64,000 bases of DNA from Phoronis australis (GCA_002633005.1 NMRA01000050.1:1223387-1287386), one strand, 5' to 3'; shown: positions 12,501-24,678, counted from the stretch's first letter. The notes: generated by a model from the letters alone, not told the origin. Translations and numbers: made by a program.

Positions 12501-14830
12501 AACATTCTTAGCCCGAGAAGAGTCACGCAGAAAAAACGAGAGCAGTGAGGGGAAGCAAGGCAAATTAATTAATGGGGTGAGAAGAGGCAGTGCAGTCTGT
12601 TCTGTCTTACGCTCATTCTCCTCCAACAGTTATGAATGAGTCAACGAGAGAATTAATGCCATTTATAAAAGGTGGTGCTCAACTTACCCCCATGCTCAAC
12701 ATTCCCTGTACTCACCTTGCCCCGCTTTCCCCTCAACTATCTATGATTTAAACCTTACATTGTGTACATCTTTAACAAAAGAGCAGCGGTAAACTCACGT
12801 TCTTCGTGGTCCTCCACAAAGAAGTGGTAAACGTTGTCCCAATATTCGTGTACTGCTTTTTTCTCCTCCGTAGTTAAGGGGTGCACCTTTTTCTTTTCGC
12901 TCTTTTTTCCACTCTCTTTCGGCGCGTGGCTTTCCCCCGCGGTTTCCTCGTGAATGTGAATGATGTAGTTTTGCTGCTTGTTGGCATGGTACTGGGCTGC
13001 GTGCGGGTTATGAATGTGAACGTCTATTTGGTCTTCCTCTGCAACATTTAACGCCGTTGGCGTACTAGTACTAGAAGTAGTTCCGGCAATGTCGGCTTGC
13101 AAGAACAGTTGGCGTACTAATACTAAAAGCTGTTAATTATTTAGGAAACTACAACAACGTTTATGAAATTTCGTCTTGAACGTTTATATTAAACACAATT
13201 TGATCATCTGATTGAAGACAATGTTCTGCAATTGATGCACATTTCTTTTTGCTAAAATTCACTAAAAAGCCATCGTCACGTGACCTGATAAATGTCAAAT
13301 TGGTGAAAAAGTCAAAAACTGAGTTTTGTAAGCTGTCTACGTTCAGAAAATAAGTTAAAATCAAAAAAGTTATATGGTTATTTACCTAAATAGACAGCCT
13401 TGTCGACAAGGTTCTACATAACGTGGGGTCTCAGTCATCAGAAATGCGTGACTTGTTCTTATTGCGATTTGCAAAACGCGACATCGGTAGAGCTTAATAG
13501 CACTCGAAGCTTTTTAACACAGGCGGTCCGCCCCCTGGTGAATATTAAATTCTGACTCACTTTCTCGGTACACTGCTGAATCGTGTTTAGGTTGATGCAC
13601 GAACACGTGATACTCGTGGTCCATCTGATCATTGTCCTCGCCTGAAAATAAACGATTATTGAATGATTTGATCAAGAATTTCAGTGGCAAAATCAAAGCC
13701 CGTGATGGCAGCTAGCCGGGTGCGCTGCAACTAACAAATCAGCTGGACTTCAGACTGACTGATCGATAGACTGACCCTTGCATAGGCCTGCGCTCAGATA
13801 ACCGATAACCGACTTATGGCATGTTCATGTTCACACGCTTGAAACATTGATAACGTGTGTTATAAAGTTCAGGCAGTCCAGAGGTGACAGTGGCATAGTG
13901 TTTAACGTCAGGGAAAATTTTAGACTACAAGGATACCCGAGTCTCACGAGTCATCCCATGTGACAGGCGAAGACCCAGGTACATTTGCTCGCAAGACGTC
14001 GCTTTGCAGCGACCAGTTACTAGTCGCGTTGTGAGCAAATGAGACCCAGGGTACTTATATCTCACGATAGATATCACTTTCACTCAGATGAAAAAAATTA
14101 GTCCCGATTCCAGACTCTATTAGTCAGGTTTTAGTCACTGTCTGGCATCTGGTTCCGATTGGTAGATCAGCGATGAGGTCATTTAGGCGAACGTGAAGCT
14201 CCCTAACACAACCATGACTGACATGACCTGAGCCTCAATCCAGATGATAAAAAAGAGAATATTTTTTCTCTAATGTCCGTTGCACGTGTCACTCGAGCTC
14301 TGTATAAGCTTTGATTTCATCAGAAGATCTTATATTTTCGTATCCTATAAACGTTATTCGAAAAGGAACAGTGTGCAGTTGAAGTCACTGAGCAGCAATT
14401 CAATGAACATTTGTTTTAGAAACACAGAAAATGAGAGAAAGATGTGACTATTTGAAATGTTGAAATACATTTAAAAAACAGAGTGTAGCTCAGTATGTTA
14501 AAATCTGACAAAACGGCCTCGTTTTCGAAAAACCGGGCCAACCAACTAAGACTCTCGATGACGACTCTCGGTTTACAGACCAATCAGATGTCTTAGTCGG
14601 TTGAAATGGCGGAACCGGGCAAATCAATCCAGCGCAGTCAAACTTAGTAGGCCTACGTTCGCAGGGCCTAAATGACCAGGCATATGCGTAACAATTTTAA
14701 GAAATATATCCGCAATAGGCTACATTCAGAAAATAAACAGCGAAAGGTGCAAATTTTCGTACTTACTGGAGCTCGGCTTGGCGGTAGCCACAGCAACTAC
14801 TAGCAGGAGGGTTAATACTTTGAGACACAT
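9488..14830 (-). CDS. Secreted His-rich extracellular Cu/Zn superoxide dismutase-like protein (SOD3-type fold, non-canonical active site), 7 coding exons, 291 aa
   Basis: Exons 14830-14767, 13641-13561, 13038-12799, 12182-12094, 10795-10623, 10291-10174 and 9598-9488 are all GT-AG, phase-compatible and total 876 nt. The product has a signal peptide (MCLKVLTLLLVVAVATA) and SOD motifs HGMHVHEYGD, CTKVGGHYNP, KKHG, RHVGDFG, SILGRALV and GCCVIA. Confidence 0.9.
10174..10291 (-). CDS. SOD-like gene exon 6
   Basis: RHVGDFGELHADEHGNIRKEYHDKVATLHGVHSILGRALV; TTGCAG acceptor, GTAAGA donor. Confidence 0.92.
10623..10795 (-). CDS. SOD-like gene exon 5
   Basis: VHGGPLHYQVELHGFKSDQPDHGMHVHEYGDIINDCTKVGGHYNPTNKKHGLNDDKE; AG/GT borders. 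Confidence 0.92.
11174..11247 (+). mobile_element. tRNA-derived SINE head / tRNA pseudogene in SOD intron 4
   Basis: A box TGGGTCAGTGG and B box GGTTCGAGTCC with a T-arm; the acceptor stem does not pair. Confidence 0.55.
12094..12182 (-). CDS. SOD-like gene exon 4 (start of SOD domain)
   Basis: TTTTAG acceptor; YDYAECDIVPDAVHSQGVNLTGRVVFKQN; GTAAGG donor. Confidence 0.85.
12799..13038 (-). CDS. SOD-like gene exon 3 (His-rich extension)
   Basis: TTGCAG acceptor; EDQIDVHIHNPH...VYHFFVEDHEE; GTGAGT donor; phase 1-1. Confidence 0.8.
13561..13641 (-). CDS. SOD-like gene exon 2 (His-rich extension)
   Basis: TTTCAG acceptor; EDNDQMDHEYHVFVHQPKHDSAVYRE; GTGAGT donor; phase 1-1. Confidence 0.78.
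14767..14830 (-). CDS. SOD-like gene exon 1 (signal peptide)
   Basis: ATG at 14830; MCLKVLTLLLVVAVATAKPSS; GTAAGT donor, phase 1. Confidence 0.8.
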
Positions 14831-14859
14831 ACTGGCTGCTAGCTCTCTCACAACACACT

Positions 14860-14930
14860 AGCGAATGATGGGACTCCTCGCTCTTATATACTGCTACGGT
14901 GGAGAGGCGTCAAAGCGTTTCCACCAATCG
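14860..14930 (-). promoter_or_regulatory. Putative core promoter of SOD-like gene (TATA box, CCAAT)
   Basis: TATATAAG on the minus strand at 14890-14883, about 55-60 nt upstream of the ATG; Inr-like TCATTC near 14868; CCAAT at 14924-14928. Confidence 0.55.
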
Positions 14931-16425
14931 CAATCATAGTTCCTGACCCAGATGTATGCGCTGGATCTATCTGTACACTGTTGCAAAAAAACTGAATTTA
15001 CGATAATAATGTCTGATTATGATAACATTGTGAAAATGTATTTTAAAAAAACAGGAATTTTCTAAAACTTGATGAAATTCACTGTTAGCCGAATTCCTAG
15101 ATGGCTGGGCAGCGGTCGCGTCGAAACTCCGCGTGCCCCTGTATCTCACCCCCAGGACGAAAGTGGTTTGATTTTAAGCACCAAACTATTGTTGGACTCT
15201 TTTGAACGCCTTTTGGAAAAGAACGTTGTTTAATTTAGTTTTGGAACGTTCTTATGGTAAAAATTTCTGTAATAGAGCCGGATTTCCCCGCTTTAGCCAA
15301 CAGTACAAACGGAGTTCTTAAGCGTGCCTATAAAAATATGCAGAGTTATCCGCTACGGGAAGTGCGCGTCATAAAGAAGCACCAGGCAATGGCGGTCTCA
15401 GCATTTCCCCCCGTGGATGCCCACTGGAGTTTCATAGGGAGGTCAAAAAATCTTTTCGCTACGACCGCTTTCTTAGCGAGATCGTAGCGTAAGGTGACTA
15501 CCCTGTCCCGACATTCAGACTCTCACCTAGTTGATAATTTAGATTGATTGATGAACTCTCAGGTCTTTGTCCAGTGCCGTGACAAGGTTGGCACAAAAAT
15601 CAAAGTTTAAACTTCTATCTCGAGGTCACAAAACAATCGTAGTAAACACATTCAACGCCAAAAATTCTAAAATATTTCTGGACGCACAGTTTATGAATAT
15701 TTGTCATGGCAACGAGCCAGCAAAGTGTGGTAGGTGTTTTTTCCAGTTTGAAGCAATCCTTGGTGTAAAAGACAGAACTTTGGGTATACACTTCACATAA
15801 TTTGCTTGTAGAATTTCAAGTTGTATGCTCTGTGTGAAGACTAGTTATTTATGTGTACTCCCCACTTTCATTTATGTTTGGTTTTTAATTATCCAATTAC
15901 ATTTGAGGCATTAAACATTAGCAAGATGCCTATCACTTCATGCGCACTGCTGCGAAACGTATTTTTAATAAACTATGGACCAAGAGATGTATCCCTGCAC
16001 TCAAAGCGATAACATGAAAAGATATGATAATTGCGAGGGTCTCGTTGCGATCTGGGTTATCATGTCGCTTTCTCATCCAAAAACAAAGTAATTAATCATG
16101 TTTTTTGTTTGTTCATTCCGTTTACATCAAGTGACTCTGTTTGCCTACGATCTGCCCAAAGTTTGACTCTGTATGCTTCAGACAAATTTACAGCGTTCGA
16201 CAATTCAGTCGATTTTGTTCTCACATTAAGAATACAACTGAGTTCTATGCACGAGCACGCTCACACTCACGCAGGCACGCACGCACGCGTGCACGAACAC
16301 ACACTTCGACACCAGGTCTCAAATTTCAGAACAGTTAAAACTACCGAAGCCGGTATGAACGTTCAATAACTCATTTTCGAATAGTTGCGCCTTATTGAAA
16401 TTCATTGTCCAACCACACGGCAATG

Positions 16426-16646
16426 CATGCGCACACTCTAAGGAGCCCCCCTCCCCCCCCTCCATTTGGCGAAGTGGGCAAAAAGGTCCGTCTCAGAGAT
16501 ACAAAAAGTCCGAGAAAATGAGACAACAGTCCATGGAAATTCAGCACGAATGCACAATTCACAGGTCTAAATGTAGAACACGTTTCAGTTTTCGGTAAGA
16601 GATGCGCATACTGGAAGTATTCGAGGTCCGGCTGGGTGCGCGCATG
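16426..16646. mobile_element. CATG-ended MITE family copy 1 (5-bp TSD CAATG)
   Basis: CATGCGCACAC...GGTGCGCGCATG; CAATG at 16421-16425 and 16647-16651. Confidence 0.75.
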
Positions 16647-16654
16647 CAATGTAG

Positions 16655-16952
16655 GTAGAGTTCAGTATCGCTAGGAGGTACACTAAGACCTCGCTAAAAC
16701 TAGCCAAACTCACGTGTTCTCATTTAAGATACACGGCAGTATCTCACGTAATCTCGCGATGTCTTGCTTTTTAGCGAGGTCCTAGCGTTACTGAACTAGG
16801 GTAGAATCAGTAACGCTAGAACCTACGCTAGGACCTGAGGTCGCTAAGTCTAGCTAAAATCACGCGTACTCATTGAAAAATGTATGGCAATATCTCACGT
16901 AAACTCTCCAAGTCTTGCTTTTTAGCGAGGTCCTCGCGTTACTGAACTCTAC
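16655..16952. mobile_element. MITE made of two tandem ~147-bp units (Harbinger-like)
   Basis: TIR GTAGAGTTCAGTA / TACTGAACTCTAC; two head-to-tail units; flanks TAG/CAG. Confidence 0.65.
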
Positions 16953-18989
16953 CAGGGTTTTTGTGAACAGGCGTTCCGACTCAATAACGGATCATATGTA
17001 AAGAGGTATCCGCAACACACTGATATAAACAGGGTTTTTAAAACTTTTTCTGCAAACACAACTCCACCAAAATTTCCATTGTGCAATGGGACGTACTCAT
17101 GGCTCAAGAAAAGGCGAATATCTTGAAATACTCCTTGCTGAAGGACGCCATGTTCCATACATTTCCCACTGAGCGCCAGTCGGAAGAATTTCTATCTCAG
17201 CCGATGTTAAAAAGCTAAAATAACTTTGTGAACTCAACCTAACAAAACAGTAGGTGGTGCTGACGTTGTGACTTACTCATCAAATAAATGAACAGCTGCG
17301 TAACTTCTGAATATCTCAGTCTGCATCAAGCGGAAGACGACTGCGCGCTCTCATTACCGTAGAGCGCTCCAATATGAAGAGCCCCAGCGGACGCTGCTCA
17401 CTTTATGCCGGTAAGAGAACACTAACACGGGCTGTACGTTAGTTTGAGGCCCTGAACAGGCTGCAGTGTAGTACTGAACGCCAGGATTTCTTTCTAACTT
17501 ATGGTGGAGGTTTGTCGGAGAACTTTTGAATAGTCTACATCATGTACGGTGAATTCTGGGAAAAGTTTTGTTGGACTTTACATATACATGTAATTCTGTT
17601 CTTTCAGCCAAACGTCTACAGAGCTATAAAATGTAGCTCAACAGAAGTAGAAAGCCGTTATACTTTTGACTTTATATCAGTCTGTCATTAAGTGGGTGAT
17701 GTGAACATGTCTTTTAGTCAAACTTTGCAGTAAAATAAACAAACGCATCATGGCCAAATTTTTAAGATGAAACATCGAAACATCGAAAATGTTGTTACAG
17801 TTTTCCACATCACCATTTCGTTTTTGTTTTCATTTTATGCAACTTTTTTTCATCATATTCATAAGGAGTCGTCTCTTCAATAAACCCTCATTGTAATACT
17901 GGTTCAAAACAATTCCCCATAGTTGTTGAGAAATGTACATAGAACAAAGTATCTCAATTTTTCTTTTGAATCCTATTAGCTTTTTCTGAGATATGAGGCT
18001 CCTAACGTAGCTCAAAATTTGAGCAGATCTCTAGGGTCCTACGCAACCTTACATACCGTGTCGTTACCAACTTACTGAACTAAATGATTCTCAACTACAG
18101 AGATCTGGAAACAATGGCCATATATTTTCTAAAATCTACTTTATTCATTGAAAACACGACACTCCTGTCTGTTTACTTGTTTAGTGCAAAATTGATCAGA
18201 TTCGCGATCTTCCAAAGAGAGCATGGTGCAAGTCACCGCTATAATAAACACAAATTTATGCGCCCACATAGACAAGCTGGATGATCGCACCTAAAAAAAT
18301 CTGAAAATTGAACAGTAAATATGGTGTCAAGCTCACCAAACATATTAGTCATGTAAACACTCACATGTAGCCTACAGCAGAGACATTGGTTACTGAAAAG
18401 TTAGCGACGAGTGAATCTATAGTGTATTGAAACCAGTCGATCAGGGTGAAACTGAGACATTGAATCACGACTTTCTTTCACAAACGCAAGAACTAAAAAA
18501 CATGAGAAGACTTAAAAATGTTCTGCCTGCCAAAAGTTTAGAAGAAGCCCTCACAAATATGCTCATTCATCGACCAATCCACCAGGTTCCCTTCATTTAA
18601 CAAAGAAGTACTTTGGCAGAACGTTCATGTACGACATGGTAGGCCTACTGGCACTTGGCAACCACCGTCCGCTGCATGAAATATTGTGTGCAATATGGAA
18701 AAATAACTGACTTTTACAAGAAAAGTAACACTGTTGTTTTTTTTTGTCATGTCTTATTTTGACGCCCCTCAGGTAATCAGAGAAAAACATGAGGTCACAA
18801 CTATTTTAGGGTCACACTAGAATGCGGAATTTCTTGGCATCAAAAGCGCGCCACTTCGAGATCGCGATTACTACGCTGCATGTCACTAGATGTCGTCTTA
18901 TTGGTGTTGTAAGTGCCAACCGTGTAAGACCAAAAGTTCCTTCTGTCACAAATTCAAACTTCCAATTGAATTCAGTAACACCTAATGTC

Positions 18990-21039
18990 CAGTGCTTTAG
19001 TGTGGCGTACGGCGCACGTAGGCGCAGTCAACTACTTTTTTGTTTTTTAATGTAGCGCCTACTCACCGTAAGTTACGGTATAGTGGGCCGTATGCGCACA
19101 TAGGCGCAGCCAACCATCTTTCTACATTTTAAGGTAGCGCCTAAACGCGCCGTAAGTGACGGTTAAGTGGGGCGTAGTGTTGACGGCATCAATGCGCTGC
19201 TACGCTGACGACAGCATTGTTACTGAACATTTCGGCGCGCGCGAACACCAAAAACAGCACCAGTCTTACTTTGCTCTTTGATGTACGCGCGGTTCCTGAA
19301 GCTGGTCATTGCAATGGATTCGTCCAAACGAGACGAACCCATTGCTCCCGAATTATAAGTTTAATTGAGGGCTTTTAAATTTTGTGCTGCTATGAAACGA
19401 CAATCAAGTGGTTGCCAATCGGTACTAAAATATTTTAAGAAGATGCCAAGATCAGAAAGCACAGGACCAAAATCCTCCTGCTGAAAGTGTCTCATTTGCT
19501 GAAACTAGTATTCCAGAAGCGGAATACCCCACATCTGAAACGGAAATATCTGCAGGTGACCCAGATAATGACTCGTAACAGTGGCCAAGCGTGTGGAATT
19601 ACGATCAGTGGATGGAATTCAAGAAAAAGTATCCCTGGTTAGAACACAGGGATGGAAAGCTGGGTTGCGTTTCTTGCTATATTTGTACTAGACCTAGGTT
19701 TTATGAACGAAAGTGGTGTATCACTATCTTCGAAGTGGACTCAGTTTTTGATAGAAGCAGCTAGAGATTCCCGACTGGCTAAACTTAAGTCGCTCAGCAG
19801 TAAAACCAGTCGTCATATGAACTCTAAATTCTACGGATCAAAGTATTGACGAAACGAAAATTAAAAGAACAATTGAAAATACATTGCAGCTCATGAGCAG
19901 ACTACAACGGAAAAGTCTTCAGAGCAGCATACTCACTAGTTCAAATGAATCGTCCGTTCACCGATCACGAGCATCTCATAAACCTTCAAAAACTGAATGG
20001 TTTGAATTTGGGTGTTACGCTTTATTCTCGTTTAAGTGCAACCAGAGACTATATATAGTACATGGACCGCCAACTCCGTATACTTTCATGGATGGTTGCT
20101 GTGTGGCCGGCTGTTAAGACACTTCCTTGTAGTACAGCTGAATGTGAACGAAGATTCAGCGAAATGAATTGGACAGTAACAGACTCTCGCTCTTCTTTGC
20201 TATTACAAACCCCCTCAAGCTTGCTGTTTGGCAAGGTCAATGGTCCCCCGCTCTTCATGTTCGACCCAGAACCTAATTATGCCGAAACGTGTATTCGACA
20301 ACACAGAACTGCTGATAGTTCTCAACCGAGATCATGTGAATTGGAAAAGAACAAAGCTGACGATAAAAAAGTTTGTGGAGGATTCTGCAACTAAGCACTC
20401 TATCTTTGGACTGGTCGCCAGTACCTAGTATTTTGCTAACTTTAAAAAAATAAGAAAATATGCAAGAAACCCTCAATTCAATTAGTTTGTGGATTATACA
20501 TTAACGCATGCACGTACGCGTATTGTACATAGTGTTAAGCTCATTAAAATATCAGTGCGGCGGTGTAACATCGTGTTCGTGTAATTAGTCTTAAAAGCGT
20601 ACGGAGTAACATAATCTCACCGAGTAAAGAAATTTTTATTAATATTTCAAGATAAAGTTACATTTATGGCGTCACACCAAAGGGGGATAAAGGAGATCGA
20701 AGTGCTGGGCCCGAGGACACACCCCACGGGCGACTAAAAATCGCCACCAGATATCATTTCTAGGCGTTACTTTTGCCTTCAAATATGAGTGGTTGGATCC
20801 CCTTTCCCCGACATCCTAGATCAGCTACTACATACTCTAAATACCCACTCATGAGTCAAAAATAGGCCTACATTTTTGTGAGTCGGACAATGCTGTAGTG
20901 GGGCGTAGGTACACGTAGGCGCAGCCAACCATCTTTTGGCATTTGAACGTAGCGCCTGCGCTCCGTAAGTTACGTTCAGTGCTCAAGATGATGCGGTGAG
21001 CTCTGGGCGCCTACTTACCTCTTTACCACTACAGCACTG
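18990..21039 (+). mobile_element. hAT DNA transposon with internally deleted, decayed transposase
   Basis: TIR CAGTGCTTTAGTG / CACTACAGCACTG; 8-bp TSD CTAATGTC/CTCATGTC; subterminal repeats (GTAGGCGCAGCCAACCATCTT); N-terminal remnant KKKYPWL...LGCVSC and hATC dimerisation motif TLPCSTAECERRFSEMN. Confidence 0.88.
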
Positions 21040-21953
21040 CTCATGTCTACACTTGGGTTTGCTTCTTGTTTACTATGACGTCACTGTGAAATTTGTTGTC
21101 GCGCGACATCATAGAACGCCAAAATAACAAAAACTAGAAGTAAAATAAAATTGTTCGAGTTAAATGGTCTATTTGAGTTCATAGCACTTCCAAATATTTT
21201 ACAGGTTACTCAGTATCGTAAAACACCGACTGCTTTACTGCTTTTTGCCGGCAAACTGCTTCGAACCAGGCCCAAGCGAACAATTTTGTCACACTGAGCC
21301 ATGAAACACCCATGAAAAACAACTTGCATTGCGAAAAGGTCCCGCCAGAAACCCCTAGAAGCATTCTAAAACTGAGCTCTAACAACCATTTCATGTATCA
21401 TAAAAACAAATTCCATATAACTCAATAGGCGACGCAGCACTCGCTGAAATAAGTGGGGCTATAGTACCCCTTCCCCGGCCCCTGTGGTGCGCGGCCCAAG
21501 ACTCGTTGCCACTGGTCACTATATAAATGGCAAGTTACAGACAAAAAATACAACCCATAGTCCACCCAAAATAGACTAACAAAATGGGTCTCATAACATA
21601 TACCATACCATGATAGGATTCCATTTCGGACATCAACTGGAGCCGCAGACAACGTACATATGCGCCACTGTTTTCGTATTCTCAGTTTAAGGCGGGTTGG
21701 CCACCCCCGTTAAAAATTCAATGTCGCGTTCGTCTTCCTGTTCACTGCAAAGTACCCCAAGGTCAAGCACCTTCTCCCGTGTACAGTTTGTCGCTAGCCC
21801 NTACCTATTTCAAGCTATCCCTGTGGGCGAGGTCGAGGGCAAGAGATTAGCCCATTTCTTCCGGACACGAACACTTTTTACACTAAACGTGAACAAAATT
21901 CCTTCGAAAATCGTGCAAGTGGCGACATCGCCAGTGATTGCGCATGCGTGGGC

Positions 21954-22463
21954 CAAGGTACCTAAACTACACGGTTAACGGAACCATAAACACGCGGTCA
22001 CGGACGCATGACTTTACGACTCACGTTTCTGCACATCTTTCACTGACTCACAAATACGGGAACGGACTCATAAACATGATCCATTCACCCAAATACACGG
22101 GACACGGACCCACATTCACGAAGAAACACGCGGGTGAGCTGACCCAGGAAGCCGATGAGTCCGCCAAACCCGCGTTTTACGGACAATGATGTAGATGTCA
22201 GCTGACCCAGGAAGCCGATGAGTCCGTGACCCGTGTTTATGACATGCTTGATCGGAGTGAATCGTGTTTGGCGACCGGCCCGTTAACCGTGTTTCTTCGT
22301 GAATGTTAGTCCGTGTCCCGTGTATTTGGGTGAATGGATCGTGTTTTGTGAGTCCGTTCCCGTGTTTGTGAGTCAGTGTAAGGTGTTTGCAGGTGCGTGA
22401 GTCGTGTTCATGCGTCCGTGACCGCGTTTATGAGTCCGTTAACCGTGTAGTTTTGGTACCTTG
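21954..22463. mobile_element. Foldback element / MITE with ~180-bp inverted arms
   Basis: CAAGGTACCTAAACTACACGGTTAACGG ... CCGTTAACCGTGTAGTTTTGGTACCTTG; internal direct repeat GCTGACCCAGGAAGCCGATGAGTCCG. Confidence 0.8.
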
Positions 22464-23207
22464 TGATCGAAGCTTAACCGCCAGCTAGTCTACTCCAGGA
22501 AGTCAGGACTGCCCTGAGTTCATGAGAGGGGAGTAAAAGATAGCTTCGTAATTACGCCTCTTGAAGAAGCACTCAGCAGACGAAATTCCATCGAACCTTC
22601 CGTAACCTTTCAAGTATTCAAAATGCCCATTTTACCTGATGTCGCTGATGTCGCAGGCGCCTGTGGTTCAGTCGCGTATGTTCGGATCGACGCGGAGTTA
22701 AACAATTTATGCATCAAAGCCTCTGTTTTTATTCATGCAACTGTTAACTTGAAGTTTTCATTGCATTAATCATCACACGGTGTTCAATGTACTTAACGAA
22801 GATAAACATAGAAAATTACTCGTCCGACTATATCGTTTGTATAATATTTACCACTAACACAAGCACTGGTACAAAACTACTTTATAGACCGACCATACTT
22901 ATCTGCAAAGCTACACACGTCACTTAAATTCGCTCTTGCAAATATAGAAATAGGTAGAAGAAATAACGTCTCAACAGAACAACGATTACATCAGATTTGT
23001 AATACAGGGGAAGTTGAAACTGAGCCAGTGTCGCAATCTTATGTATAAAATAGGTACTTGTTGATCTGAGGATAAGTTTTTACCAGCACAGTGCGAAGAT
23101 TGTCTAAGCAGGGTCCGTTTAAGAGCGGTATCCACAAAGCAGTCGAACACAAAATTGTTGTCCTAAATAACCCAATTTAAGTGGTGAGAATGGGTCGGAT
23201 GACGATG

Positions 23208-23467
23208 CATGCGCGCACCCAGAATTTAATATGGGGGCTTGAATTTCTGACAAAGTGGACCTTTTGCCGCTAACAAAAAAGCGAGGACTAAAAAATAAAA
23301 AACGGGGTACCACCTTCAGAACTATGAACTGTGCGTCTGCGTCTTTTTAGTGGACTTTTGTCTCATTTTCTCGGACTTTTTGTTTCTCTGAGGCGGATTT
23401 TTTTACCCACTTCGCCAAATGGGGGGCTCGTTTGATCTCCCGGCCCCCCCCCCCGGGTGCGCGCATG
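23208..23467. mobile_element. CATG-ended MITE family copy 2 (5-bp TSD CGATG)
   Basis: TIR CATGCGCGCACCC; CGATG on both sides; lies downstream of the AKR stop. Confidence 0.8.
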
Positions 23468-23718
23468 CGATGTGGCCTTGCAGAAATTAAGTCCAGCGTG
23501 GAACGAAATCCATTGCGAGAGGGATGACCAACAACAGGTTCACCAAATCTATGTCAAATGGAGAACGAATGCCATGCTCATTGTTTGTATATTCTCCCGT
23601 CAAAGGACCCGCATGTCGTTATCATGGTGGCTGCAGTTTCCGTCTTGTCCCATGAATGCGTGGATAATCAGCGTGTCGTTGCCTTGGCGACAAAAAAAAA
23701 ACTCCCCACGCTAATGGG

Positions 23719-24678
23719 TCAGTCATTAAACGGGTTGAATTTATGTTTTGCAATTGACGGAAACTGGCGAAAATTGACAGCTCGAAATCCGGCGTCAAGT
23801 TGCTTTACCCGCTCCATATCTTCGTTCGATATTTCAAAATCAAACAAAGTAAAATTCTCTTCAATTCTACTCGCAGTGACGCTTTTTGGTATGACGGTGA
23901 CTCCACGCTGAATGAGCCACTTGAGTACAAACTGTGCCACTGTCTTCTTGTACTTGTGCGACAATTCCGCCAGCAAAGGGACGTCAAATATACTCGGGCC
24001 GACTACGCTCTGTGTCTTAATGCGCTCTGGTGATACCAGGGGAGAGTAGGCAGTGAACACGATGTCGTGCGTCTTACAAAAATCGACCAGTTCTGTCTGT
24101 TGTAGAAAGGGATGCGCCTCGCACTGCAGCACAGCTGGCTGGATTTTACACATGTCTAGAACTTGCTGAATCTGGCTGACAGAAAAGTTGGACAGTCCTA
24201 TTGATCGTACCAAGCCTTTACGGACACATTGTTCCAGGGCTGCCCACGTCTCGGTGAACTCAACGTCGGTCGTCAGTACATTGCCGTCCGAATCCATGGG
24301 GAATATCACGTCCGACTCAAGTCGCTCGAACGCGATGGGGAAATGCACGAGATACAGATCGAAGTAATCCAGTCCGATCTCATCAAGGTCCTTCCGCAGT
24401 CGAACTTCCACGTCATCATATCCGTGGAAAGTATTCCACAATTTGCCAGTAACGAACACTTCGTCTCTCCGCACAATATCATCTCTAATAGCGGCCCGTA
24501 ACCCAGCGCCCACAATATCACTATTTTTATAAACGTGCGCTGTGTCCACATGTCTGTATCCAAGCTGAAGCGCATGGTACACAGCCTTCTGGATCTCCTC
24601 GCTCGTATTACGGGAAGTTCCAAGTCCCACAGTTGGGATGCTGTAACCGTTATGAAGACGGACTGACGGGCACGTCAT
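23719..24678 (-). CDS. Aldo-keto reductase (AKR1-like, aldose/aldehyde reductase family), intronless CDS, 319 aa
   Basis: Likely start MTCPSVRLHNG (ATG 24678). Motifs: GLGT, GYRHVDTAHVY (catalytic D, Y), FVTGKLW (K), DLYLVHFP (H), SIGLSNF, AYSPL and VIPKS..SRI (NADPH binding). Confidence 0.95.
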   Translation of the reverse strand: MTCPSVRLHNGYSIPTVGLGTSRNTSEEIQKAVYHALQLGYRHVDTAHVYKNSDIVGAGLRAAIRDDIVRRDEVFVTGKLWNTFHGYDDVEVRLRKDLDEIGLDYFDLYLVHFPIAFERLESDVIFPMDSDGNVLTTDVEFTETWAALEQCVRKGLVRSIGLSNFSVSQIQQVLDMCKIQPAVLQCEAHPFLQQTELVDFCKTHDIVFTAYSPLVSPERIKTQSVVGPSIFDVPLLAELSHKYKKTVAQFVLKWLIQRGVTVIPKSVTASRIEENFTLFDFEISNEDMERVKQLDAGFRAVNFRQFPSIAKHKFNPFND

